Below, in pieces: positions 25,557 to 39,060 of a stretch of DNA of 64,000 nt (position 1 is the stretch's first letter; every line of letters starts with the position of its first letter). The stretch is from NCBI GenBank assembly GCA_030704615.1, contig CM060731.1, positions 79,918,001 to 79,982,000 of the forward strand. The letters are read 5' to 3'. The DNA is from Takakia lepidozioides. Taxonomy: Eukaryota > Plantae > Bryophyta. The position numbers and the translations under genes were made by a program. Below the pieces are notes generated by a model. It did not search any database and was not told where the DNA came from. It worked only from the letters and a program-made list of their open reading frames with translations.

Positions 25557-28500
25557 ATGGGGGAATGGATAATTGGAGCTGTGATCAATGTCACAGGAAG
25601 CGTTGCTATCAATTTTGGGACTAATCTACTCAAGCTTGGACACAATCAGGTAATTCCCTGCCTAGTTCTTTGACAGTTTGGAGCATTCCAGAAATTTCTT
25701 TCAGATCCAAAGCATTATGAACACCTTCTGTAGGTTGCCCTGTGGCAGGGTTTCATGTCCTCTATTACTGCGGCTCTATGAACATCTGAGCAGTAGCTAC
25801 CGACTTTTATGACATGTACTTGGTAGTATCACAATCTTTCATCAATGATTCGACAGGTGATGAACACTTGACTATAGTCAGGAAGTTGCAAGGACTTCCT
25901 CAGGAAGCAAACGGGGGAAACATAAATCTTACGAAGCTTCAACTGGAGGGCTAGAATAGTCTTGATCGATCAACTAACTCTATGACGAGCTCTAAGGAGG
26001 GCTCAGTTCAGTGCCTGGCTTGTTTGCTGCTTCTCCTTCTGCACAACAGGACAGTGCTGGTTGTCTGGTGCTCCCTAAGCAGTCCTGTGGGGAATTCTAG
26101 AAAATTTTCCAAGTTTTCAGAGGCTGCCAAGCAACAGTCAAAACGGTTGTGGATGAACAATGCAGTGCACTACTTCCATGACCGACATCTGGGTTACTTC
26201 GCTTGTGTTGCTACAGAGAGAAAGACTAGCATTGGTGGAGGCATCAGAGTCAGGGGAGAAGAGTGTGATAAAGAAATCTATCACACAGTTCCGAGCATGG
26301 CGAATTGGTACATCTCCACCCTTCTTCTCTCTCTTCCCCCCTCCCCCTCAGGTTTATCTTGTGTCATCACCTTTGGGAGAGAACTATATGCCAACAAGAC
26401 AGCCTTATTCAGGCAGCTTTTGAATGCAGGTTCAGCCTGGCAGGTAAGGCCTACCATGGCATCTTCTTTCTGCAAGGGAAAGATTATTATAATTGCATGT
26501 GTGCATGGTTCAATCTCAGAGACTTTAGAGTGAAAGTAACTTAACTTGTGTTATTGCATTACCGTCTTGTCGCACAGGGGTGGTTGTATTTACTCTGGGG
26601 AATTGCCTCAATTTCATCTCATTTGGTTATGCCGCTCAGGTAACTCTTTGAATCCTGGACATCTAGTTATATGTAGTGAGTTTGCTTCAGAGACATCATC
26701 AGCTGTCAAAGGACTAAACTCAGGGTGGGGAGTCTACCTTTGAACAATAAACAGATGAAAATGCCCCAATTGTGGGTGGCCTGAAGGCAACATCCATTTT
26801 CTGATACAATGTCCCGGGCATTCTCATCAGAGAGACCCTCTTCAGGACCATTAACATAGTCCCTGCACCTCTGTTCACGCCTGTCAGGATCTAATTGCTG
26901 GGCAGCTCACATTGATGCTTGTGGAATGGCTTCCTATAGGAAATCTGGAAAGCCCGACACATTTGTTTAACCCTAAAACCCACTACTGGAGTGAGCCCCT
27001 CACAAAGGTAGTGTCTGTTCTCTCTTGTTCCGCCCAAATTGGGCGTGGGGTCTATGGCGACCAGGCAGCAAATAACGTTTTGAGTACATTCTCTCTGTCA
27101 ATTCTCTCTGTGAAACTTCCAGAAGGCAGTCAGTTGTGCTTCATACCAGAGGCTACAGTGGATTTAAGCATGCTTTCACCACCATATTTGTGTCGTGTTT
27201 GTGTTGTTGCAGTCACTGTTGGCAGCATTGGGCTCAGTGCAATTTGTTTCCAACGTTTTCTTTGCCTATGTGATGCTCAATGAGATTGTAACAAGCTGGT
27301 AAGCTTTTATTTTCACATTTCAGGGTTTTGGATTTGATCTTTTTCAAGATTTGCACATATACGGTGTTTCATAAGTCTAACCAAGAGTCTGAAACTCTAA
27401 ACTGCATTGATGAACCACCAATGGGTAATATATATATTAAAATGAGATGAATTATTTATGATGTTAAGACCTCTACACTATGTCCTAAGTGTTGTAAAGC
27501 TTCACCTTTGTCAATACTCGAAATTATGCAAGTAGAGTGCGGAGGTCAGATTTGAGGACCTGAAGGGAATGAGCTTACATCTGCAAGGTTGTAGTTATAT
27601 CAGTCAGCAGAGTACTGGGCTCTGTATCAGAGACAGGAGCCACCTCTTTGCGAGGACTAGGATTTGAAGCACTTTAAGATGCACTTATATTCAACATTCA
27701 GGGCATTTCCTGATTGTTATGAAACCATTCTTATAGTAATTGTACCAACTTGGCAATGAATGATGCCACTAATTCTAATGCTCCATATCATGGCAGTGTG
27801 TTGTCTGGAGGTCTACCCTAGTCACCACCATTGTCTTTGTATCATTGAAGCTAGACAAGTGGTAACTGAAATTTGGCTGGTGGGGTGGCATGGGCAGGAT
27901 ATTGTTGGCCACACTGTGTATTGTCATAGGGAACGCATTTCTTGTTGCATTTGGCAACCATCAATCTGCCAGTAAGATCTCCTTGTTGACTCCCTGCCTT
28001 CTGGCTTCCACTCGTGTGTGTTCTTGGCTTGTTGTAATAATGACAGGGAGTATGGGCAATAACCTGATGACATTGGTCTGTATCATGAACAGGGCAATAT
28101 TGCATCCAAAGAAATTTTACAGTCAGCTAGTGAGCTACTCCTGATCATAACCTATAGAGCCGCTCACATGCCAGTGGGTTCACGCTATTTACTCCAAAGG
28201 TCTGACGTCATTGAAGACCGCAATATTCCCATGAGTTGTTGGGCCAAGTAGAGTGCTTTTTCCAATCTCTCAATCAGTATATAGCCAACCCAGGTTTGGT
28301 AGTTCATCAATCATCTTTAGAGCTAAGTTGATATTAATGGAAGAGTCAAAGCTTTTGGGAAACCAGTAGGTTAGTCTGTAGCAGTTACCGCCGCTAGTGC
28401 CTTGTAATTGTAAAATGAGCCCGTAAGCTTTAATGGTTTCTAGGTGATGGATCTTTATTGAAAGCCAATGCTTTAAAAGCATCCTGGGGAGTTGAGTACA

Positions 28501-31500
28501 ACAGACTGGCTTTACAGGTGAAAGATGTCCAAGAGATTATGCAGACTATGCGTTCAAGTCCCACTAAAAGCATTTTAGGTGGGGGTTATTTCTGCAGTTT
28601 ATACCCATGAGCAATTATTGGCAAGCTACAAGGGAAACGTTTATCTGGTTTATTGTGCTGTCCTCATTCTTCTGGTCATTATCCACCATGCTATTTACAG
28701 GTCAGTGTTTACCATGTCCTGGGGATTGGCAGATGATGGGATGCCCAGATTTGTCTTTTTATCCACGACATTGTTTATTGCATGCAACCCCTGTGCTAGC
28801 CAGCCGGAAACCAGAAGGAAATAAAGAAACAAGTTTTAGAATGTCCACTGGCCCCCTAGAAAGAGCATGTGATGGCAACGTGATCATTTTGAGTGCTAGG
28901 TGCTGTTCGGCTTTGAATAATGTAGGCCCAACTCTCCAGGGGACTTCTGGATACCATTTTGGTTCAGATCCCAGAGAAGTCCAGGTGGTTCATTTGAGCT
29001 TTTTGGCTATATGTGGGACTGTAAGCAGGCCACCTGAGTGTCCCACTCTACCTGCAGTGCTAATGGACAGAACTAAACTACTGCGAAGTTGGGTTTGTAC
29101 CTGTTTTTGTGCACGGGTCTGGCAGGCGGGGGAGGAAGTTGATCTCTTCGCGGGGGGAGGATGGGGTTGGGGCATGTTGGCGGATGTTGTTGCCCTTCTC
29201 ATATGCAATTGTTTCGGGTGCCATTGGGACTCATTCGGTGTTGTTTGCCAAGTCTCTGTATGTGTGTTCTCCCTTTGTCCCTCTCCATCTCTTTTCTTTT
29301 CCCCTAGAGGTTGAAGTAGCAGTGTCAGCGCATCTCAGTTTAGCTTTTTACTTATGTGTGATATGCAATTTGCCTACACTGTAAGTAGGGCAGGTCAATG
29401 CCTGAGCACTAACCAGGAGAGACTGTGAGGGATTGAAAACAAATGCAGACATCTAATGTGGGTAAGCTATACTGTGTTGAACAGGTCGATTCTCCTCCGG
29501 TTGACAATGAATGGGGATAGCCAGCTGGATGGGTGGTTTACCTATCTTGTTTTCTTTCTGTTTGTGGGAACAGCATCGTTCTGGGTACTTTGCTGTGCAC
29601 CCTCTCTTTGCTTCACACTCTTCTTGTTGCAGTAGCCAAACCCTTATAACAACAAGAACACTTACTGAGGATCAACTTTGGATAGAAATTTGTGTTGCAC
29701 TGTCCATAGTAAAAGCATCCTAACTCCACTGTGCTTGCAAGTTTGTCTCCATTCTGTCCCCCTTCCAAATAGAAGTAAAATTTGGCAGGGTTATGAGATG
29801 CTGCAAGGCTTAGGATATTGTGTTGGTTATCTCAATTATGGCCTGCTGTGAGGTGACGGCATGGTATCAACAAGATTGTGATAAGATAGTGTTGGATTAT
29901 TTGTGTGTCAGTAGACTTTGGTTCTATTGATAGTGAACTTTGAAAGAACACCAGAGAACCTTCTATATCTGATCAGTGTTTGGCATCTCTTTTGCTGGTG
30001 GGGTACATGCAGATGGCAAGACTGAATGATGGGTTGGCCATGTTTGATGCAATTCTTATTGTGCCCATGCTACAAATTGTGTGGACTTTCTTCTCTATTT
30101 TCACTGGGTTCATCTACTTTGAGGAGTACCTGGTTCGTGCTCATCTCTCTTCCTTTTTCTCCTTTTTTGAGAGGTAAGGTAGAAAGAAGAACAAACTTGA
30201 TAAACCAAACCTAGGTCACAACCTTGACGAGCCAAGGAATGGTGACACTGGCAGGGCCACCAGTCGGATAAATGCAGCAGACACAGACAAACCAGTTGGA
30301 GAGGGGTCAACCCAACCCTTTTCCAAGAAAAGAATGGGAGAAAAGGCAGAAACCACGAGACACAAAGCATGAGACAGCTTCGGAGTCCAAATACTATGAC
30401 ACTTAAAAGCCTGATCTCTATCTTACCTAGCGACCCTGCATGAGTCAGTCTGCCTTTGTGTGAAACATTGGGTTCCCATGTTTTCCTAATGTGTGGCCCT
30501 CTGGCCTCCAGTGGACGTTATAATTTTTTTCTATTCTTTCTTCCTCCCTCTCTCTCTCTTCCGCAACAACAGGGAGATACAGCGCAGATCAAACTTTATG
30601 ACCCGGATTCATCTCAACTTAGCCTTCAATCTCATCTGCATTTTTGACCCAGCTCTTGTTCTTGTCCATTGCAGACCCTCTTACTCTTAGCATTTGAACA
30701 GGATTTAGCAAGTGAGACGGATGCATTACCAAAATTGTTCCTAAGAGCATTTTGGTTGTAAAACAGGTGTTTGATGGTTTCCAGGCCACTATGTTTGGTG
30801 TGGGCATCTGTGCACTATTTTTGGGGATGTCACTACTGGCTCCCCAGGGTTCCAAGGGTGACTCTCTCACTTTCTCTCTGCCCTCCTTTCTAGACTGGCA
30901 TGGAATTGTACAAGTAGACACCTGGCTGTATATGTATATGTGAAGGCCTTCCCACAGCCTCTTCTTGGTGCGAGATTCTCAGAAGGACATGGCTGAATTT
31001 ATGTGGGTGTGATGCAAAAGTAGTCTGGCATTGACCTTCATGGGTGGTATATTGCTAAGGAATGTTTTTCTACTTGACCAACTGTTTGTGTAGGTGCAGG
31101 TTCTGGAACAAGGATGATGGCAGGCTCTAATGAGACGGAATTCGTGCCTTTAATGGGTGTCGGGTATGGCTGCCTGTCTTATTGTATGCAACTGTCTTTA
31201 ACTGCTAGAAGAGGTCATATGTTTTGAGGTTATTTGATATGTGTTCATATCTTTTACTTTTACGCCCATGATATTCATGCCAATGACTGGCAAAAGCAGC
31301 TTTCAGAGCAGTGAGATAATGTACTCGTAAGACGTTTGCTGTAGCCTTGTCGCCATAGACCCTGTGCCTAGTTTGGGCAGAAGAGCATTGAGAGAAGAGA
31401 GAGTGTGTGTGTGTGCATATTTACGAAGGTGGACCTTTATATTGTTGATCGTAGGCTTCCATTTGTCTTAGCCTCTAGCAATGTAGGCATGGATGGTCTC

Positions 31501-32038
31501 ATGGAGAGTACTTGTCTCTTACAGGTCTGCGGTGCCAATAGAGCAGCGAGAGCCAAACCGGAAAAGCTTGGTGCAGCATGTGTGCACAGATGCAGCTAGA
31601 GTCGTGGGGCGTGCCAAGGTATACACACCTGCACTTCCTTTTCATTAATGAACACTAAAACTTGTACCGGTGCAGCTAGATCGGCCGACGGCAACATAAT
31701 GTTTGCTCCATGCTGGGTCTTCCTTGAGGCAACTGCCAGGGATCTTTCTTGCTAGATCTTGACAGCTGAGCAGTGGCCAGCTACTCATGTGTTCTGGACC
31801 CACTATAGGTAAGTGAGAGGGCTGAGGGGTATTCTGGCATGTGCAGTCCGCGTGCCGAATGTCGCTGGGACTTGGCCAGGATGGCATCCACACCTCATCT
31901 GTGTTTGCCATGCCCATGATTGCATCATCACGAATTCAGTGGCGAACACCCACCTTGAACTCCGAGTGGCTTGCCAGGCTCACGGATCCTCCCACTGAGG
32001 TGGATGTCTCTGCAGGCATTCCTATTGTAAGATTGTAA
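25557..32038 (+). CDS. NIPA8: NIPA/DUF803 probable magnesium transporter (NIPA8-like), multi-exon
   Basis: MGEWIIGAVINVTGSVAINFGTNLLKLGHNQ (from 25557), FRAWRIG, FLVAFGNHQS, LLPFSYAIVSGAIGTHSVLFAKSL, MARLNDGLAMFDAILIVPMLQIVWTFFSIFTGFIYFEEY, ACRMSLGLGQD..SSVFAMPM. GT-AG bounded exons. Confidence 0.9.
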
Positions 32039-35000
32039 CACATGCACTGTGGGTGTAAACAAGTTCACCCATGTCACTCTGCTTACTCTAGCCTTGTGCC
32101 CCTTTGGATGGAGCAGATTGGGCACCAAGCAAGAAGTGCCAGGGAAACAGAAGACTGTTGGACAGGGATTGTATGCAAGCAGGTCATTGTAAAGTGCATG
32201 AGAGATCTAAAGCGAGAATTTGTAGGAGGGGGGAAGGCAGGGGGCGCGGGTTATTATTTGCGGGGAACGTACCCCGTTTGCTTATTTCTTGTACCCTGCA
32301 GTTGGTAACAGGCACAGAAGAAAGTACTGGATGGGTGATCTTGGCACATTTGACCAAGGGGCCGCAGCCCTTTCCTGGGTTTTGATGCACAGTACTCTTG
32401 GCTAGGTGAATTTCTGTTGACATCAGGTCAACTTAATGTCCCATAAAGCATTGAAGAGATAATCTCGGCAGTGCAAGACTTTGTTGGTTAGTGTTGGTGG
32501 TCTCTGTGCATGATTGTTATGTGAGCAAAGAACAACCAGTTACCTTTTTGGCAGTCGTAGTCCAACCTGACTACTCTTACTGCCACCCTTACCGCCCATG
32601 GATGTTGCAGATTGGTCATTATTACATCCTCTGAAGAATCTCTAGTTGGAGTTGTTCCATCCGAGAGACCAGAGAGAGACCTTAGGGGCTGTCAACAATA
32701 AGTAGGTCTTATGTATGGATCTATCAGGCTTTGAAACCTCATCTTTCACCATAGCCTCCTCCCCACCAGCAGCCTCCATCATGGTCAGTACAAGCTCAAC
32801 TCTTGTCTTCGCACGATTTCCCTGGGCTTAGTCTGGTTCTTCTATTTACGTATGGCAAGTACATGTGAATATGGTGGCATGAAAAGAGTGCACGGAATGT
32901 CCATTGGCGGGCCCCCAAGCAATCAATTGGAACCCTGCTTTTGACAACCTCATCTCCGCATGCAATCCTACTCGACAATGAGATGAAGAAGCAACCAACT
33001 GGCCATGACCATCGCCCATTGTTTCGGAACAAGATCTCCAATTACAAACCAATGGCGTGTCAATTGTGCTCAACTACGATAAGGCTGAAATGATCCAATC
33101 TCTATACATCCAAAAGAGGAGTTGTGTATAAGCCAAGGTGAGCGCCAAAGTATGTCTCCTTCATTCTCTTCACGGTCAGTTTTGGAAGCATTGTTTGTCA
33201 TCACTTATTGTGCAAGCACGGCAGAGTCCCAAGCCTGTACCGCAACCGTGCAGTGTGGTTTATGAATTGAAGGAAAAGTGGAAGAAGGTGTCAGTAGGTA
33301 GGTCGCAGGGTCGGGGAGGACAGAGGCAGCAGCATGATGGGTGGGGCCAAAGGGGGGTGGGGCAGAAGCGGGGCCCACGGGACGGGATGGGACAGGGGAC
33401 TCACGGAAGGGGCACGGTCCGGTACACAAGTCAGGCGTGCCAGGACTGCACAGTCGGACGGCATCGTACGGCATCGTGACTGGGCGGCAGTCCGACACCG
33501 CACTGACGGCATGACACGGCCGGTCCAGCACCTCCGTGGATGGACAAGTACAAAACCGTGGACGGAACGGTACACTCGCGGACAGAACTGCACAGTTCAT
33601 ACCCGTTTACCCCCTGACTCATACTTCGGTCTGTTTACTTTTGGTTTTCTTGTGTTTTGTTTCGAAAAGGGGGGAGGACCACAAATCGATTCCGGCCTTT
33701 TGGTTGCAAACTCCAACATCTTCTTGTGCACATCCCGCGGACACATTAGCACCTTTGAGAGCTGCGACGGACTAAAAGAATTGCCCACTTCCATCGCCCA
33801 CGGCATTCCAATTGGTGCAGCACACAGCCCTCATCAATAACTCGGGTGCGAACGTAATAGTGTAAAGATCCGATCTCCTTGCATAAAAATTCCCATATTA
33901 CGACAAGTGACCCACAAACTCGGAAAGGGCCAACAATGGCCCACAATTTGTTTTCCTTGTATGAATTCTGGTCCTTAAGGATAGGCTCTCTTATCAACAG
34001 ATAAAGTCACGGTCGGCAAATGATCGCCCGGGTAGAGTCGGCGGTTGGTTACTGGTTGCGTGCATCTTATTTACGCCGCCTACCCCCAGAGTCTTGACTC
34101 TCTCTTCCCACAAGAGACTGTTTGTTCGTTAAACAAACTTTTACTTTTGCACAAGAGGCTCGAGTCCTCGTGGCCAACGTGCAAGTTCCCAACTGTGGGT
34201 CAAACTTGTCGCCCCCATTCCCGTATGTTCGGTAAGTAGCCGAGGGTGAAACGAACTGAAGACTTTCACTAATGCCTGCCAAATTATTTCCGCGGGAAGC
34301 GGCGCCGCGTAGGATAATTTGTACAGGTTGGCTCCGTATGAATACATCACTACGGAACGTACACGGTCACGTACAGCCTGCAGGTACGGGCAGGCGACTC
34401 GGCGGTCGGGCAGGCGGACGGATGGGCCTCCCGTCCAACGGTCGCCGCGTTCTGTGCAGGTGCAGGGACCCACCCCCTACCTAACCATGGTTAGCGGCCG
34501 CTAAGTTAGCTGCCAGTAACGTGGCCCGTCTGACGCATGCGGCGCGGCGCCCCTACGCCGTATCGTAGGGTGTATGTAGGTATTACCTACCTACAACGTA
34601 GGTCGGCCTGTTTTGGACTGCATTGTCCAATCCCGGATTTTGTTCCACGTTTGAATAACTTTATTACTGCGAGTGAGGGAGGGAGTGACTCGTGGTGTGG
34701 AGAGGGAGTGCCAGGCTGGCAGCTTCCACAGTCTGTGCTGTGCTGCTCACACCCAACGTATGCCTCCAACTTTTATTTTGGGCCAATCATAACAAACCTC
34801 TTTTTCTTGTTTCCTTTGTTCTGAATGGGAGCGACCTCTCACAAATCAGGCCCCTTAATAAGGGAAGGGGGAGAAGATTATACCACACCCAACAACGTAC
34901 CAATATTTGAACCCAGACTCACATGAATCTATCCACTGGCGATAAGAAAAAAGCTCTAGAGTAGAACTCTCATGTTTTCTAAGACCAGTAGAAGTGTAGA

Positions 35001-36073
35001 ACTTGACCAATTGTGGGTGCTGATATTCATTTTTGGAGTTTTTCGAGAACAATGTTTTCTTACTGGAATAGGCACCGTAAACACCGGTGTTTGGTTTGGT
35101 ATCGCGTTTTGGAGATACCAAGAGGGTCATGGTAGTATAAGAATTTAGAGATGTCCCAAACACGGGTATGCAATAATAATAATAAACCCGGATTTTGTTA
35201 CTTGTAGGGTATCAATAATGGTAGCATTTCACTTTTGCCGACCTGGTATCAACAAGGGTATGAAAACCTTGATACCTGCTGATATCAACTTCGGGTAAAG
35301 TATCAAAAATTTACATTTTAGAGAGAAACACACACTGAATATTGTAGCATACATATGGAAATTTTTGGCCTTGCATTTATAACTAATTTCACTGCCACAG
35401 TTTTTCTTTCAAGCCACAAAGACTAATGTTGAATGCGACAGAGCACTAATACAAATAGAAACAAAGCAATTGAAATTAGGAACTGCCATGAGCTTATGAC
35501 ATTTCTCCTGTTGAGTTATGCATATGTGAAGCTTGTCAAATGATCTACTCTACTCTATGCCAGAATCTCTTTGGTTGCTGTCAATTTCTTGTCCTCGCCA
35601 ATACCAGCATGAGCAAAGTTAAGAACCAGATGACAGGGCTAAAAAATCAACATTGCAATGGAACCAAGGATCCCAAAATAAAAGCAAATTTGTGGTCACT
35701 CAAACACTGGCTAATTTGCAGGTGACTGGGTACGTTGGTTGGCTACTCTTGCGATGCCTAAGTACATTAGCTGATCTCCACCTCAAGTGATAGATGGTGG
35801 TGTGCCATGTCTTGAAAACTCGCACCTGAGAAGAGAGAGTTAGACCTCGAAGGTCAAGTGGATGCGGAGTATAAGCATTGGTCAATATCAAACATAAACA
35901 ATCAGCATTTTAAAAATACTTATCAAATCTGTTGATGCAGCCCAAACTCCAGCACTGCAACAACTCCAACACCTGCAAGAAAGCAATCCTAGATTAAAAC
36001 CACATACATTCAAAGCTGGAGACTCAGCCAAAATGCAGAAAATAAATAAATTTTAGAGTTCACAAGCCTACCC

Positions 36074-36628
36074 CTACTCGTCGTTCTCAAACAGCCCTGC
36101 CTCCTCAATCAGCTCCTCGTTCTCGTCAACTAGTATATATGTCCTCATCCTCCAAGAAGTCCTTGAACTTTCCTGCTTCGACTAGCTTACAATCAACACG
36201 GGCATCACTGGGCCAATTTTTGTAAACCATTACCAATTTGTCCAGATTATCCACCCCCAGACGACATCGTCTAAGAGCAGTCAACACACCTGCCACGGAG
36301 AAAATTCTCTCCGTCTCAATCTGAGAACCAGGTATTCCAAGAATTTGACGAGCCAACCACCCAACATTAGGGAACCTTGTCTCATGCTCAAACCCCATTT
36401 CATTGGATCCAGTTTCTCCTCATTGTCAACGGGAAAGCGTCGGAATAAGGAAAGCGTCGGAATAAAGAAAGCTCAGCCTTCAATAAGCACTCACTGGCCT
36501 CCTCAGTGGAGGCAGCCCTACCAAACAATCCATGCGAGGGTAGCTCAGGAGTGGGTGGATGCGGAGCTGTGCCACCTTTAGGGTTCAAGTGCTCAATCAC
36601 AGTGGTCAATAGTGGCAGCAATACAACT
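36074..36628 (-). pseudogene. hAT transposase C-terminal part (dimerisation domain)
   Basis: VLLPLLTTVIEHL...HETRFPNVGWLARQILGIPGSQIETERIFSVAG..RRCRLG..NLDKLV..KNWP; frameshifts and a 17-bp internal duplication. Confidence 0.9.
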
Positions 36629-36942
36629 TGTCAAGTTATTTTACCACTAGTGTGAAACTAGCTAGGAAATAGCTAGCTTTTACATATTGACATTTGGGAT
36701 TGGCCCAAGTGTCAATCCAGGGGTCAAGGCAGATTTAGGCCCTGGAGTGGTTATCTTCACGGCAAGCGCGGGAGGCTCATCTTTCTCGAGTTGAGCCTCA
36801 CCGCGCCTAGCTATGGCGCCGTAGTGTGGATTCCCATGGCGTGGGGTGCACTTGGCTTGACTTGTATTGAGTGATGAGGTTATATATGCATGAGTTTATG
36901 CTTCAGATTGTGAGCTCGTGCTTGTATTCTTCTTCTTTATCA
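36629..36942 (+). repeat. Terminal repeat A1 (314 bp; second copy A2 at 46981-47296)
   Basis: A1 and A2 differ only by four single-base indels in short homopolymer runs; no substitutions seen. Confidence 0.95.
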
Positions 36943-37629
36943 CTCGAGAAAGATCAGCTCGTATCTGTGAGTGCCAGATACGAGTTAGTTGTAGCACTTG
37001 TGGTTTTTGCTTGAGAATGAGAGAAACCAAGTTGTTATGCAAGGAGCACCGTGGAGCTCTTGGTTGTTAGAAGCGGAGGCGATGTGGGTTACGAGGTGGT
37101 AAACCTTGGCATTCGATCTTCAGCTTCAGAGATGAAAGCACCATACTGTAGGTAATTCCAGAGCACCTTGATGGTTTCAGATTGTGTACATGCATGAGCA
37201 AGCACGATTGGGAAGAGGACCAGTCAAGAGCAGGTTATAGTGGCTTTGGTGGCAAAGCTGAGAACTGGACTTGGGAATGCGAGCTGTCATTGTATGAAGG
37301 ATTGCAAGACCAAGCGAAAGGGCTGATTTGGCTTGGGGCAAATCAGTGCACTTTGTGGAGTATGGTGAGATTGGGTTTCAATCTCGAGCTTCAGCATTGA
37401 GAGGGCTCTTGTCATGGCGAGAGCAGGGCTGGAACAGGAGCTAAGAGGTGCGGCAAGGCCATGGAATGTGCACCTAGGGTTTCAGAGCTTGGAAGAAGAG
37501 CTCTTGCACCACAAGAGAAGTGTCTTGTGGCTGGAAATGTAAGCCTTAGGGTTTCAGGAGCTTGGCAAAGGCTATGGAGTGCTTAGTCTTGTCTTAGAGA
37601 GCATCAAGGAGCCAAGGAGCCAAGATAGG

Positions 37630-38030
37630 GGGCTGATATCTCTTGTGTGAAGAGGTTGCATGTGTGGAGCATGTATTCAGCTCATTGAAGCTTCCATCTT
37701 CAAGCTTGGAGGGCAAGCAAGGAAGAGGGAAGGGCTGACTTCCCTTATGTGAGGGCAATGCATGTGTGGAGCATGCTATCAGGCTTGAACTTTTTCAGGT
37801 GTGGGAGTGCAAGAAAGGAAGGAAGGGGCTGGTTTCCCTGTAGGGCATGTGGAGCATGCTTTCAGCCTGCTGAAGCTTGTATTTTCAGGTTTGTGGGTGC
37901 AAGAAATGAAGCAAAGGAGCTGATTCTCTTATGGTGAGAGTGGGGCATGTGTGGAGCATGCCTTCAGCCCATTGAGGCTCTTGTTTTCAAGCTTTAGAGA
38001 GCTAGAACGGAAGGTCTAGGGCTGGTTTCC
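37630..38030 (+). repeat. About 4 degenerate ~95-bp tandem units in the retroelement leader
   Basis: Recurring core GCATGT(GT)GGAGCATG..TCAG at ~37658, 37760, 37845, 37945. Confidence 0.75.
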
Positions 38031-38467
38031 ACTTGGAGTGAAAGAAAAGCACTTGTAGGGCCTATGTGAGTTGGGGTTTCAACTTCAAGCTTGAAGGGAG
38101 CGCAACTCTTGAAGCAACAGGTGTAGGGGCTGGAATAGGCTCTAAGACAGATGCTATGGCCAAGGAGAGTGCTTGAATGAGTGCTCACAAGGGCTGGGAA
38201 CCAGCAGGGCTTGGTTGTTTGCCATTGAGTTTAGTGGCGTGTTTGGGGAGGCTAAGTGAGAAAGAAGGCTTGGTTTGTGGCAACCACCTCATGGCTTAGG
38301 GCTACTATGGTGGTGTGTGGGAGCCGAAAGAGCAAGGATACCTTGCTGATTTCCTCACAGCCACCATAGCTCGGTGGAAAGAAGCCTAGAGTCCAAGAGA
38401 CACAAACCCTAGCTTGGCGTGGCTAAACCCCTTGGAGAAATGGCTAAACTGCCAGAGCGGCCATGTG

Positions 38468-39060
38468 TGGGGCTGTGACAGGCTGTGGCAAGCTGTGACG
38501 GGCTGTGACGGGCTGTGACGGGCTGTGGCAAGCTGTGACAGCTTGTGATGGGCTGTGACAGGCTGTGCCCTGTGGCCTTTGGGGCTGTGACGGGCTGTGT
38601 CAGGCTGTGACAGGCTGTGCCCAGTGGCCTTTGGGGCTGTGACGGGCTGTGCGGGGCTGTGACAGGCTGTGCCCTGAGGCCTGTGGGGCTGTGACGGGCT
38701 GTGACAGGCTGTGCCCATGGCCTTTGGGCTGTGATGGTGTGAGGGGCTGTGACAGGCCGTGGCCTGATGGCCTTTGGGGGCTGTGATGGGCTGTGAGGGG
38801 CTGTGACAGGCCGTGCCATGGCCTTGGGGCTGTGAGGGCTGTGAGGGGCTGTGACAGGCCGTGCTGAGGCCTTTGGGGCTGTGACGGGCTGTGAGGGGCT
38901 GTGACAGGCCGTGCTGAGGCCTTTGAGGCTGTGACGGGCTGTGAGGGGCTGTGACAGGCCGTGCCTGAGGCTTTGGGGCTGTGACGGGCTGTGACCAGTG
39001 AGCTGTGTGGGCCTGTGCTGGTCTGTGGTGGCCCGTGTTGACCTGTGGATGGCCTGTGCT
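38468..39060 (+). repeat. 10-bp minisatellite (GGCTGTGACR) with a higher-order ~45-55 bp period, in the retroelement leader
   Basis: Dozens of GGCTGTGA(C/G)(A/G) units interspersed with GGCCTTTGG. Confidence 0.95.

Noticed and set aside
25982-29314. Long ORFs 25982-26533 and 28607-29314 as separate genes
   Set aside because: Off-frame or intron read-through over NIPA exons; no recognisable domain.
33290-34620. GC-rich segments with ACGG/CCGT motifs as a possible MITE or gene
   Set aside because: Could not define TIRs/TSD or a credible protein.
36860-36900. Hammerhead ribozyme core in repeat A (TGATGAG)
   Set aside because: Lacks CTGATGA and a correctly placed GAAA with supporting stems.
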